Below are positions 37,549-47,290 of a stretch of 64,000 nt of DNA, piece after piece; within the stretch, counting starts at the first letter, position 1; every line of letters starts with the position of its first letter. This stretch comes from a virus, in IMG/VR virus record IMGVR_UViG_3300026097_001210, positions 1 to 64,000 of that record; one strand, 5' to 3'. The position numbers were made by a program, and so were the translations under genes. Below the pieces are notes generated by a model. The model worked only from the letters and a program-made list of their open reading frames with translations. It made no database searches and was not told where the DNA came from.

Positions 37549-38205
37549 ATGGGAGTAGTACAAGGACTAGCAAACATTAACGCATTGCTCGACAAGCCAA
37601 AGTATGATGCAGACAAGCCAAGGGTTCGTTGGCTTAAGCTTGCAGATGGTCAGTCTGTCAAGATTCGTTTTGTAGAAGAACTTGACGAAGATTCTGCTAA
37701 CTATGATGCAGAGCGAGGGCTCTCTCTGGTGGTTAAAGAGCACACTAATCCAAAAGACTATCGTCGCAAGGCAGTAGACACTATGGACACTGAGGGTCGA
37801 GACTGGGCAGAAGAAATGCACAAGAAAGACCCCAAAGCTGGGTGGGGAGGACGACTTCGCTTTTACTGCAACGTACTTGTTGACGACGGCATCGATGAGC
37901 CATATGTTGCCATCTGGTCAATGGGTGTTGGCAAGCAGTCGCCATTCAACACTGTTCGTGACTATGCACTAGAAACGGGTAGTATCTCAAACCTTACTTG
38001 GAAGCTAAAAAGAAATGGAATGGGTACAGAAACAAACTATACTCTTATTCCAGTTGGCCCAGATAGTGAGCCATTCGATTGGAGCGGATTCAAGCCATAC
38101 GATCTTAATCTAGCTCTTAACCACGTGCCATACGCAGAGCAAGAAGCCTTTTACCTAGGCTTCGATAGCCCCTCTGTAACCTCCGCTTCAAACGTGGAGT
38201 GGTAA
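37549..38205 (+). CDS. Single-stranded DNA-binding protein (gp32-like)
   Basis: LKLADGQSVKIRF, KLKRNG.GTETNY; located between primase and polymerase. Confidence 0.65.
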   Translation: MGVVQGLANINALLDKPKYDADKPRVRWLKLADGQSVKIRFVEELDEDSANYDAERGLSLVVKEHTNPKDYRRKAVDTMDTEGRDWAEEMHKKDPKAGWGGRLRFYCNVLVDDGIDEPYVAIWSMGVGKQSPFNTVRDYALETGSISNLTWKLKRNGMGTETNYTLIPVGPDSEPFDWSGFKPYDLNLALNHVPYAEQEAFYLGFDSPSVTSASNVEW

Positions 38206-38211
38206 TAAAAC

Positions 38212-41200
38212 ATGGCATATGTTGGCTTGCATGTACACACTCACTACTCACTCTTCGATGGAATCGCCACCCCTCAAGAGTATGTAGATAGAGCAGCTGA
38301 ACTGGGTATGAACGCTTTAGCGATTACAGACCACGGTTCTCTTTCTGGACACAGGGAGATGTATAGAGCTGCAGTGGAAAAGGGCATCAAGCCAATCCTT
38401 GGCGTGGAGGGCTATATAACCGAAGATAGGTTCGATCAACGAGATCGGGACAGTAGAGAAGGTCCACTAGACCTTGTCTATAACCATATAGTCCTCCTAG
38501 CCAAGAATCAAAAAGGTTTAGAAAATCTTAATAAACTTAACGAAGTTGCCTGGACAGAGGGATACTACAAGAAGCCACGTATCGACTACGAGGTTTTACA
38601 AAAGTATAAAGAAGGCCTTGTAGTTCTTTCTGGCTGCCTTAGTGGTGCGATTGCTAAGGCCATTGAGGCTGGCGAGCTAGCAGAAGCCAAAAGGCAAATT
38701 GAGTGGCACAAAGAAGTATTTGGTGACGACTATTACATTGAGGTTATGCCACACAACCCCGCAGAAATGAATCATCAACTGCTAGCTCTTGCCGATGAGT
38801 TTGGCATTAAGGCTGTTGCTACTCCAGACTGCCACCACGCACACACGGGGCAGAAAGAAATACAAGAACTTAAACTAATTCTTAATACATACAGCAATAA
38901 GATTCAAAAAGATGCTACCTATCAAAAGTCTGTAAAATATGAAAACCTTAAAGATAGGTTAGATTATTTGTATGGTGAACGCGATATCAGCTTTGTCAAT
39001 TTTGATATTCATTTGTTGTCTGATGACGAAATGAGGAGTCAGATGACAGCGCAGGGAATTGAAAGAGAAGACATCTACGAGCACTCTTTAGAAATTGCCA
39101 ATAAAATTAAAGACTACAACATTCAAGATGGACTAGATCTGCTACCCGCACAGTATCAAAAGCCCGATGAAGAGCTTAAGTCTCTTGCCATCGAGGGACT
39201 GAAGGCGAGGGGGCTAGATGATAATGAAGAATATCTTAAAAGGTTAGACGAAGAAATGGAAGTTATTACTTCTAAAAAGTTTAGCCCCTACTTTCTTGTT
39301 GTTCGTAATATGATTAATTGGGCAAAGAAAGAGGGTATTCAGGTTGGCCCTGGTCGTGGCTCTTCTGCTGGCTCCCTGCTTTGCTATTCTTTGGGCATTA
39401 CAGATATTGACCCCATTAAGTATGGTTTGCTATTCTTTAGATTTATTAATCCAGAACGTAATGACTTTCCCGACATAGACACAGACATTCAAGACTCTCG
39501 TCGTGAAGAAGTTAAAGATTATCTTGTTAGACAATACCGTCACGTAGCTTCTATTGCCACCTTTCTTGAGTTTAAGGATAAGGGCGTTATTCGAGATATT
39601 GCAAGAGTTTTGCACATTCCCCTCACAGATGTGAATAAGGTTGGCAAACTTTTTGACACCTGGGACGAATACTGTACATCTAAATCAACTGCATGGTTTC
39701 GTGAAAAGTACCCAGAAATTGAGCACTACGGAGATCAGCTTCGTGGACGTATCCGTGGAACTGGTATTCACGCTGCTGGCGTTGTCACATCTAAAGAGCC
39801 AATCTTTAGACACGCACCAATGGAAACCAGAAAGGCTCCAGGATCTGGAGAGAGAATCCCAGTTGTCGGGGTAGACATGGAAGAGGCAGAGCGAATTGGC
39901 TTAATTAAGATTGATGCCCTTGGCCTAAAAACTCTCAGTGTTTTACGCAATACGCTTGACATCATTAAAGAGCGTCATCGCAAAGAAGTAAACTTGTTAA
40001 AAGTTGATCTAGAAGATGAAAAAGTATTTGAAATGCTATCTAATGGTCACACTAAGGGTGTTTTTCAATGTGAGGCTACTCCATACACTAATTTGTTAAT
40101 GAAAATGGGGGTACGTAATTTTGATGAGCTGGCAGCCTCGAACGCCCTTGTCCGACCTGGTGCCATGAATACTATTGGAAAAGATTACATTGAGCGCAAA
40201 AAGGGTAAGCAAGGTATCACCTATCTTCACGATGTAATGAAGCAATATACTTCAGATACCTATGGTTGCATTCTTTATCAAGAACAGGTTATGCAATCGT
40301 GTGTTGAGCTTGGCGGTATGTCAATGGCTGAAGCAGACAAAGTTCGTAAGATCATTGGTAAGAAAAAAGATGCAAAAGAGTTCGACGTCTTTAGGGATAA
40401 GTTTGTGAATGGCGCATCTCAGTATATGAGCCCTAATCTTGCTAAGGATTTGTGGCACGATTTTGAGGCACACGCTGGTTATTCTTTTAACAAGTCTCAC
40501 GCCGTGGCATACTCTACGCTTTCTTACTGGACAGCATGGTTAAAGTATTACTACCCTCTCGAATTTATGTTTGCCATTCTTAAAAACGAAAAAGACAAGG
40601 ATGCTAGAACAGAGTATCTTATTGAGGCAAAGCGTATGGGCATCCCAATTAGGCTGCCACACGTTAATGATTCGGATGCAGACTTTAAAATTGAAGGAAA
40701 GGGTATTCGATTTGGTTTAACCGCAATTAAATTTATTTCAGAAAATGCAGCAAGGGTAATTCTTAAACACAAGCCGTTCTCATCATTTAAACAATTAACG
40801 GAAGTTTTTGCTACAAAAGGAAACGGTGTTACTAAGCGACAGCTTGAATCTTTGCGAATTATTGGCGCTGCAACATTTGAAGATAACCCAAGAAATGAAG
40901 AGGAAATTAGAGAAAATTTGTATGAATATTTAAATTTGCCAGAGTTTAATGTTACTGTGCCTTCTCACTACCACGCTTTTATTAATTCAGTTGATGAGTT
41001 TGAAGAAAAGGGTTCCTTCGTTTTGATGGGTATGATAAAAAGCATAAAGAGGGGTAAGGGATGGTCTCGAATTGAAATATTGGATAAGACGGGTTCAGTT
41101 GGCATTTTTGATGAAGAGCAAACCAGCATTGAAAGTGGTAAGACCTATATACTTTTGGCTAGCGATAACAGGATTGTTTCTGCTATTCCTGCTGACGAGA

Positions 41201-41484
41201 TAAGAAAATCAGAAGCTGCGCTCATTAAATTTTTAAATTACAAAATGCTTCCATACAAGGAAGATGAGATGTATGTTGTTTCTTTTAAACCCAGAGTTAC
41301 AAAGGCTGGAAAGAAGATGGCTACCCTGACCCTGGCAGATAGCGGTAGAGATCTGCACTCTGTGGTTGTTTTTCCAACCACCTTCGCTAAGGCTTATATG
41401 AAAATTCAAGAGGGTAACGCTTATAATTTTTCTTTTGGCAAAACAAAAGATGGAACGGTAATATTGGAGGATATAAATGTTTGA
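38212..41484 (+). CDS. dnaE: DNA polymerase III alpha subunit
   Basis: PHP HVHTHYS/TDHG, GRGSSAGS, PDIDTD, GIHAAG, KIDALGL, YSFNKSH; no intein. Confidence 0.96.
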   Translation: MAYVGLHVHTHYSLFDGIATPQEYVDRAAELGMNALAITDHGSLSGHREMYRAAVEKGIKPILGVEGYITEDRFDQRDRDSREGPLDLVYNHIVLLAKNQKGLENLNKLNEVAWTEGYYKKPRIDYEVLQKYKEGLVVLSGCLSGAIAKAIEAGELAEAKRQIEWHKEVFGDDYYIEVMPHNPAEMNHQLLALADEFGIKAVATPDCHHAHTGQKEIQELKLILNTYSNKIQKDATYQKSVKYENLKDRLDYLYGERDISFVNFDIHLLSDDEMRSQMTAQGIEREDIYEHSLEIANKIKDYNIQDGLDLLPAQYQKPDEELKSLAIEGLKARGLDDNEEYLKRLDEEMEVITSKKFSPYFLVVRNMINWAKKEGIQVGPGRGSSAGSLLCYSLGITDIDPIKYGLLFFRFINPERNDFPDIDTDIQDSRREEVKDYLVRQYRHVASIATFLEFKDKGVIRDIARVLHIPLTDVNKVGKLFDTWDEYCTSKSTAWFREKYPEIEHYGDQLRGRIRGTGIHAAGVVTSKEPIFRHAPMETRKAPGSGERIPVVGVDMEEAERIGLIKIDALGLKTLSVLRNTLDIIKERHRKEVNLLKVDLEDEKVFEMLSNGHTKGVFQCEATPYTNLLMKMGVRNFDELAASNALVRPGAMNTIGKDYIERKKGKQGITYLHDVMKQYTSDTYGCILYQEQVMQSCVELGGMSMAEADKVRKIIGKKKDAKEFDVFRDKFVNGASQYMSPNLAKDLWHDFEAHAGYSFNKSHAVAYSTLSYWTAWLKYYYPLEFMFAILKNEKDKDARTEYLIEAKRMGIPIRLPHVNDSDADFKIEGKGIRFGLTAIKFISENAARVILKHKPFSSFKQLTEVFATKGNGVTKRQLESLRIIGAATFEDNPRNEEEIRENLYEYLNLPEFNVTVPSHYHAFINSVDEFEEKGSFVLMGMIKSIKRGKGWSRIEILDKTGSVGIFDEEQTSIESGKTYILLASDNRIVSAIPADEIRKSEAALIKFLNYKMLPYKEDEMYVVSFKPRVTKAGKKMATLTLADSGRDLHSVVVFPTTFAKAYMKIQEGNAYNFSFGKTKDGTVILEDINV

Positions 41485-41794
41485 TGATTTAGCAACTAGA
41501 TTGCATGAAACAGCAATTTCTAAGGGTTTTTGGAATCACACTGTTGATGATATTTTTATTGCAAAGCAGTGCATGATGATTGTTTCAGAAGTTACAGAGG
41601 TTATGGAAGCTGTTCGTAAGGATAAGGGCAGCCAAGAAGTCGCAGAAGAGCTTGCAGATATTATTGTTCGCACGCTTGACCTTTGGAAGGGAATGTACGA
41701 TAATGGATATGTAGAACATTCGTTAGATGATGCATTAGAGCGCAAAGCAGAGCACAACAAAACCAGACCAGAAAAACACGGAGTGAGATTTTGA
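41477..41794 (+). CDS. MazG-like NTP pyrophosphohydrolase
   Basis: SEVTEVMEAVRK..EELADIIVRTLD, K..HNKTR. Confidence 0.8.
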   Translation: MFDDLATRLHETAISKGFWNHTVDDIFIAKQCMMIVSEVTEVMEAVRKDKGSQEVAEELADIIVRTLDLWKGMYDNGYVEHSLDDALERKAEHNKTRPEKHGVRF

Positions 41795-42801
41795 TGACAA
41801 CTATTGAAGAGGCAATTGCCAAGCTAGACCCTAAAATTCGTAAACAAATTGCAAGCGGTGAAGGAATTGAGATTGAACGCCAGCCCACTCCAAGTTTTGG
41901 GTTGAATAGAGCTTTGGGCGGTGGCTTTCCATATGGCAGACAGGTTCTTGTTTGGGGCAGCAAGTCAAGCGCAAAGTCTTCTGTTTGTCTGCAAACAATT
42001 GCAATGGCACAAAAAGACGACAAGCTTTGTGCCTGGATTGATGCAGAAATGTCTTACTCAGAAGACTGGGCAAAAAGATTGGGGGTAGATACTGAAAAGC
42101 TAATTTATTCTCAAGCTAGAACCATCAATGAAATGGTAGATGTTAGTGTTGCACTAATGGAAGCTGGGGTGGATGTTATTGTTGTTGACAGTATCACCTC
42201 TCTTTTGCCAGCAATTTACTTTGAAAAAGGCACCCAAGATCTTAAGCAACTAGAAAACACAAAACAAATTGGTGCAGAGTCTAGAGACTTTAGCAATGCA
42301 TGGAAAATGATTAACTATGCAAATAACAAAGAAAAGCCAACTTTGTTTATTTTAATTTCTCAGTCAAGAAATAACATTAATGCTATGTATACTAGTCAAC
42401 AACCTTCTGGTGGCCAGGCTACAAAGTTTTATTCTTCAACAGTAATTAAACTATTTTCTTCTGAGTCTGACAATCAAGCAATTAAAGGAAAAATTCCCGT
42501 GGGAGATAAGCTAATTGAAGAAAAGGTTGGCAGAAAGATTCGCTGGGAGGTTCAATTTTCTAAGACCTCTCCCGCTTTTCAATCAGGAGAGTACGATTTT
42601 TACTTTAGAGGTGAAAAGATTGGGGTAGATGGAATTGCTGATTTAGTTGATACCGCTGAAATGAGCGGCCTTGTAGAGCGCACAGGAGCCTGGTACCAGC
42701 TTGAAGATGGCACTAAAATTCAGGGTAGGGAAGCGTTTATTGACAAGGTTAGAGAAGACGAAACATTGCAACAAAAACTTGTGGATCAGCTAAATGCATA
42801 G
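41794..42801 (+). CDS. recA: RecA-like recombinase
   Basis: ALGGGFPYGR, GSKSSAKS, WIDAE, VVDSI, SGGQATKFYSS, GAWY. Confidence 0.9.
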   Translation: MTTIEEAIAKLDPKIRKQIASGEGIEIERQPTPSFGLNRALGGGFPYGRQVLVWGSKSSAKSSVCLQTIAMAQKDDKLCAWIDAEMSYSEDWAKRLGVDTEKLIYSQARTINEMVDVSVALMEAGVDVIVVDSITSLLPAIYFEKGTQDLKQLENTKQIGAESRDFSNAWKMINYANNKEKPTLFILISQSRNNINAMYTSQQPSGGQATKFYSSTVIKLFSSESDNQAIKGKIPVGDKLIEEKVGRKIRWEVQFSKTSPAFQSGEYDFYFRGEKIGVDGIADLVDTAEMSGLVERTGAWYQLEDGTKIQGREAFIDKVREDETLQQKLVDQLNA

Positions 42802-42979
42802 ATATACGATATACCACGGGAGCTTTGTGTGCCACACGTGTAAAATGCAGGTACCAACACTAAGATATTATGATTCAAATAAAAGACTAACCTGGATGTG
42901 TAAAAACAAACATTTATCTGAGGTTAGTTTGCAAACAAAGAAAAGTAGAAAAGACTATGAGCGAACAGAGCGAAAGTAA
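42794..42979 (+). CDS. Small zinc-binding protein
   Basis: CHTC...CKNKH; translationally coupled. Confidence 0.6.
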   Translation: MHRYTIYHGSFVCHTCKMQVPTLRYYDSNKRLTWMCKNKHLSEVSLQTKKSRKDYERTERK

Positions 42980-43241
42980 AAGAATTGGCGCAAAGTTACA
43001 TAAGAACAGTGGTCGTAACACCAAAAAGGGCGACGCTAGTTGGGAAAATTTTGTAATTGATTTTAAAGAAGTAGGCAAAAGCTTTACTTTAAATAAAGAC
43101 GTCTGGGCAAAGGCTGTAACCGACGCCTTGAAATCTAATGCCGATCCTGCTATAGTTGTAGTTATAGGAGAAACACAGAAAACAAGACTAGCAGTGATTG
43201 AGCTGTCGTTGCTAGAACAACTGCTAGAAGAGAGAGAATAA
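42957..43241 (+). CDS. PD-(D/E)xK nuclease, Holliday junction resolvase-like
   Basis: E..SG..KGD..DFK pattern. Confidence 0.6.
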   Translation: MSEQSESKRIGAKLHKNSGRNTKKGDASWENFVIDFKEVGKSFTLNKDVWAKAVTDALKSNADPAIVVVIGETQKTRLAVIELSLLEQLLEERE

Positions 43242-43843
43242 TGAAAATCCTATTGTTAGATATTGAAACCACACCTATGAAAGTTTATACATGGGGACTG
43301 TGGGACCAGAACATTGGTATTAATCAAATTATTGAACACACTGAAATGATGTGCTTTGGTGCCAAGTGGCTAGGTAAAAAGCAAGTTACTTTTAAATCTG
43401 TGCATCATCACGGAAAGAAAGAAATGCTAGAAACTCTGCACGATATGATGAATGAAGCAGATATTCTTGTGGGTTGGAACTCTGCCGCATTTGACCACAA
43501 GCATATTCGAAGGGAATTTCTTGAGGCAGGGCTGGCTCCTCCATCTGAAACTAAAGACCTTGACCTAATGAGTATTGTAAAGGCTAACTTCTTGTTTCCT
43601 TCTAACAAACTTGACTATGTTGCACAAAAGCTTGGGGTAGGAGCTAAGGTAAAACATTCTGGCTTTCAGTTATGGATCGATTGTATGGAGGGCAAAGATA
43701 AAGCCTGGCGTGAAATGAAAAAGTATCAAATTCAAGACGTCCAGCTCCTTGACGATTTATACGAAAAACTACTGCCATGGCTCCCTGGAAAGGTTAGTGT
43801 GACTAGCCAACAAAAGAAGGAAATGGCAGAGGTGGTACAATAG
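43241..43843 (+). CDS. DnaQ/RNase H-like 3'-5' exonuclease
   Basis: LDIET, GWNSAAFD, KLDYVA, YQIQDV (DEDDy). Confidence 0.85.
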   Translation: MKILLLDIETTPMKVYTWGLWDQNIGINQIIEHTEMMCFGAKWLGKKQVTFKSVHHHGKKEMLETLHDMMNEADILVGWNSAAFDHKHIRREFLEAGLAPPSETKDLDLMSIVKANFLFPSNKLDYVAQKLGVGAKVKHSGFQLWIDCMEGKDKAWREMKKYQIQDVQLLDDLYEKLLPWLPGKVSVTSQQKKEMAEVVQ

Positions 43844-43844
43844 A

Positions 43845-44159
43845 ATGGTGGAAAGCGCTGAAAACAAAACCACCATTGAAATGATTAATGGTTTATCTGA
43901 AATTGCAGACTACATGCAAGATGAAGAGCTTAACGCAGCTTTAACAATGATTGCAAAATTAATTGTAAAGCCAGACATTCCAATTAACATTGCTACTCTG
44001 GAAATTGTTAGGCTGCAAGCCATAGCCGCTAAAATGAGCTTTAGGGCAACTTGGATGGCCAATGTTGAAAAGGGAGACAGGGCAAAAAAGAATATATATT
44101 TTACAGCAGCCTCTGCAGTAAATGAGCTGGTGGCCGCTCTTAAATATATTACCCGATAA
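43845..44159 (+). CDS. Hypothetical helical protein
   Basis: TGGTACAAT promoter just upstream (start 43845 or GTG 43848). Confidence 0.6.
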   Translation: MVESAENKTTIEMINGLSEIADYMQDEELNAALTMIAKLIVKPDIPINIATLEIVRLQAIAAKMSFRATWMANVEKGDRAKKNIYFTAASAVNELVAALKYITR

Positions 44160-44164
44160 AAAAT

Positions 44165-44959
44165 ATGGTTAAAAACTTATTAAATCAAATAATGGTAGCA
44201 GATAAACAAAAGGCTACCTCTGAAAGTCTTAATGGGCTAATTGAAAAAATTAATTCTGGTTATATTGCTAAGCGAGGACCTAGACATCAACAAAAGAAAA
44301 GCTTTGCGCCCTCCACTATTGCGTATGGGCACGGCGAGTGCCCTAGATATTGGTATCTAGCTTTTGAAGGCGGCACATTCCAAGATCATGCAGACGCTTT
44401 TGCAGGGGCAAACATGACTAATGGAATCAAGTCACATGAAAGAATTCAAGAAGCAATAAAAGACTCTGGAATCCTTGTTGAAGATGAGTTTAAGATAACA
44501 TTTGATGACCCGCCAATTTTTGGTTTCGGTGACGCTCTGGTTGAGTGGGAAGGCGAAGAGCTTCTCATTGAAATTAAGACAGCGATGCAAGAAGGCTTTG
44601 AGTACAGAAAAAGGACGGGCAAGGCAAAGCTAGGACATCTTATTCAGATTTTGATTTATATGAAAATACTGAAAAAAGCTAAAGGTGTTATAATTTATGA
44701 GAACAAAAATAATCATGAACTGTTGGCGATACCTGTCGAGGTAAATGATTATTATATTAAGTGGGTAGATCAGACGTTTGAATGGATGAGGACGGTTCGT
44801 AAAGCTTGGGAAAATAAAACAATGCCCAAGAAGAACTATAGATCTAATTCAAAAATTTGCAAGACTTGTCCTCTTAGGGCAGTGTGCGATGAGGCTGGTG
44901 AGGGAGATATAAAGATTAATTCTTTGGAGCCCTTAGATGAAAACATGTCAATGGTGTGA
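44165..44959 (+). CDS. Cas4-like PD-(D/E)xK exonuclease
   Basis: CPR..., G.GD, IEIKT, Q..IY, C-terminal C..CP...C (Fe-S cysteines); no CRISPR array nearby. Confidence 0.82.
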   Translation: MVKNLLNQIMVADKQKATSESLNGLIEKINSGYIAKRGPRHQQKKSFAPSTIAYGHGECPRYWYLAFEGGTFQDHADAFAGANMTNGIKSHERIQEAIKDSGILVEDEFKITFDDPPIFGFGDALVEWEGEELLIEIKTAMQEGFEYRKRTGKAKLGHLIQILIYMKILKKAKGVIIYENKNNHELLAIPVEVNDYYIKWVDQTFEWMRTVRKAWENKTMPKKNYRSNSKICKTCPLRAVCDEAGEGDIKINSLEPLDENMSMV

Positions 44960-45236
44960 CAACTCCTTTGAGCCAAACGTTGGCTATCAAATATATTGTC
45001 GCTCTGAGTGCAGAGAATCTGCAACAAAAGAAAAAATTGCGCAAAGATATCAAATATCTAGACGTAATAGAATGATGAACAAGAAAAGAAGTTGCAGCTC
45101 TTGTGGATTGCCTCTATCTGCTTACAACGATGAAGATCTTTGCCAGGCCTGCCTTGTTAATCCAAAAGAAGTTTCTAAAGCTTTAAAGGAAATAAAGGGA
45201 ATAGCTAATGGTAAAAACGAGCAATTTAATTTATAG
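44937..45236 (+). CDS. Cys-rich zinc-finger protein
   Basis: CQWC, YCRSEC, CSSC, CQAC. Confidence 0.7.
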   Translation: MKTCQWCDNSFEPNVGYQIYCRSECRESATKEKIAQRYQISRRNRMMNKKRSCSSCGLPLSAYNDEDLCQACLVNPKEVSKALKEIKGIANGKNEQFNL

Positions 45237-45783
45237 GCCACAAAGTGTTTGCTCAATTGATGCAAGCACAAATAGCTTGGCTTTTGCTATTTTTAATGAA
45301 AAAGAGCTACAGTCTTATGGAAAAATTATTTTTTCTGGTTCTGGAACTTATGAAAAAGTTGTTGACGCTGCAATAAAAACCTTAGACTTTTTTAATTTTT
45401 ATGGCACACCAGAAGCGGTTGTGATAGAGCACACCGTTTATTTAAACAGCCCCAAGACAGCGGCAGACCTTGCCTTGGTACAGGGGGCTTTGCTTGGCGC
45501 AATGGGCAGAGCGGGTGTGAAAAAAATTAAATCAATTAACCCAATTGCTTGGCAAACCTATCTTGGAAACGGTAGGCTACAAGCAAAAGAAAAAGAGGGT
45601 ATTAGAAGAGCTAATCCAAACAAAAGCAGCTCTTGGTATAAAAACAAAGAAAGAGAATTTAGAAAAGAAAGAACAATTGGTTTTATTAATACCTATTATG
45701 ATAAATGCATAGATGATAACGATATTGCCGATGCCATTGGTATTGGTCATTATGCTATTTATAACTGGGAAAAGCTAACTTGA
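45208..45783 (+). CDS. RuvC-like resolvase
   Basis: SIDAST, VVIE, DNDIADAIGI. Confidence 0.8.
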   Translation: MVKTSNLIYRPQSVCSIDASTNSLAFAIFNEKELQSYGKIIFSGSGTYEKVVDAAIKTLDFFNFYGTPEAVVIEHTVYLNSPKTAADLALVQGALLGAMGRAGVKKIKSINPIAWQTYLGNGRLQAKEKEGIRRANPNKSSSWYKNKEREFRKERTIGFINTYYDKCIDDNDIADAIGIGHYAIYNWEKLT

Positions 45784-45795
45784 CAGGAGGCCTAA

Positions 45796-45951
45796 TTGGC
45801 TGCTAAACTTTATCAAAACCCTATGTGGTTAAAAAAAAGATTTCAAATAGATAAAAAAACTCCACAAGATATTGCGAAAGAGTGTGGAGCAAGCACTGCA
45901 ACTATATACAATTATTTAGACAAGTTTGGTTTAAAGAAAAAAAATAAATAA
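45796..45951 (+). CDS. Small HTH protein (51 aa), not in the ORF track
   Basis: SD AGGAGG then TTG; MAAKLYQNPMWLKKRFQIDKKTPQDIAKECGASTATIYNYLDKFGLKKKNK. Confidence 0.75.
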   Translation: MAAKLYQNPMWLKKRFQIDKKTPQDIAKECGASTATIYNYLDKFGLKKKNK

Positions 45952-45969
45952 AAAATTTCAAGGAGAGAG

Positions 45970-47013
45970 ATGAAAAAATATACAAGTGAAGAGCACCTGT
46001 CTTTCGATGACATTTTGCTAGTTCCTCAACACTCCAGCATTTCAAGTCGTAAAGACGTGAGCACTAGGGTAAGCCTGGGCAGCGGAATGACGGGATTTAG
46101 TCTTAACGTTCCAGTAATTGCAGCACCTATGGATACCGTATGCGAATGGGAGATGGCTGTTGGTATTCGTAAAGCTGGCGGCATTGGAACCTTGCATCGC
46201 TACATGCCCATTGAAGAGCAGGCTCGGCACATTAAGATGGCTAAGGCTAACGGCGCTATTGTTGGTGGGTCTGTGGGGGCTATCGGACAGTTTGAACATG
46301 ATGCCGCTGAGCTTTTGGAGGCTGGAGCAACATTTATTTTGATTGATGTGGCTAACGGTCATAGTGACCACGCAATGCTTGCTACACAAAGGCTCAAAAA
46401 GAGCTTTGGCAGAGAGACCCACATTATGTCTGGAAATGTATCTACATGGGAGGGCTACGCCAAGTTAGCAGATGCTGGGGCAGATTCAATTAGGGTGGGC
46501 ATCGGAGGCGGATCGGCTTGCACTACTCGTGTTGTAACTGGTCACGGCGTCCCCACTCTGGCATCTATTATGGATATTAGAAACAATTTTAAATACGGAG
46601 AAGGACCAGACATCATTGCCGATGGTGGAATTCGCAACTCTGGGGATGCCGCTAAAGCTCTTGCTGCTGGCGCAAACGCCGTAATGCTTGGTCGCATGCT
46701 AGCTGGCACCAAGGAGTCCCCAGGGGAGATAGTGGAGGGGCGTAAAGTATTTCGTGGGATGGCATCGGCAGAAGCACAGCACGAAGGTAGGGGCTCTGTT
46801 TCTGGAGTAGAAGGAATTGCCACAACCGTACCATTTGTGGGACGGGTTTGTGACATCGTAGATGAGCTTGCCGCAGGCCTCAGAAGTGCAATGTCTTACA
46901 CGGGAGTGGACAACCTAGTTGATTTCTATCATCACAGCGTGTATAATAGAGTTTCAGGTAATTCGTTAAACGAAACAAGACCTCACGCTAAGGAGTTAAA
47001 TGCCTCGTCGTAA
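45970..47013 (+). CDS. IMPDH/GMP reductase family oxidoreductase without CBS domains (GMPR favoured)
   Basis: LSFDDILLVP, APMDTV, IDVANGHS, GIGGGSACTTR, IADGGI, FRGMAS, VEG; no Arg-Tyr flap dyad. Confidence 0.88.
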   Translation: MKKYTSEEHLSFDDILLVPQHSSISSRKDVSTRVSLGSGMTGFSLNVPVIAAPMDTVCEWEMAVGIRKAGGIGTLHRYMPIEEQARHIKMAKANGAIVGGSVGAIGQFEHDAAELLEAGATFILIDVANGHSDHAMLATQRLKKSFGRETHIMSGNVSTWEGYAKLADAGADSIRVGIGGGSACTTRVVTGHGVPTLASIMDIRNNFKYGEGPDIIADGGIRNSGDAAKALAAGANAVMLGRMLAGTKESPGEIVEGRKVFRGMASAEAQHEGRGSVSGVEGIATTVPFVGRVCDIVDELAAGLRSAMSYTGVDNLVDFYHHSVYNRVSGNSLNETRPHAKELNASS

Positions 47014-47290
47014 AAGGGTAAGCGCAAAACCAACCTACTTTGTCACAGAGCCTTATATGGAAGTGGATGGTTTTCCCATTCATGCTGGTGACATTATAAA
47101 GGTGAGGGGCGAATACGGCACTAAGTTTAAATTTGTTGGTGTCACTACTAACACCCTGACAGGTTCTAATTGGGTTGACTGTCATGAAATTTTTAGAGGT
47201 AAGCCCCAACAGTTTAGAGCTTTTAAACAAGATAAGATTAAGCGGGTACCGCAAAAGGGAAGAAGGGCTAAACGTGTCGCAAAGTCCTGA
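47000..47290 (+). CDS. Hypothetical basic protein (SH3-like beta barrel?)
   Basis: SD AAGGAG; GDIIKVRGEYG. Confidence 0.6.
   Translation: MPRRKRVSAKPTYFVTEPYMEVDGFPIHAGDIIKVRGEYGTKFKFVGVTTNTLTGSNWVDCHEIFRGKPQQFRAFKQDKIKRVPQKGRRAKRVAKS

Noticed and set aside
44165-44959. CRISPR-Cas system
   Set aside because: Solo Cas4-like nuclease; no cas1/cas2 and no repeat-spacer array seen in the window
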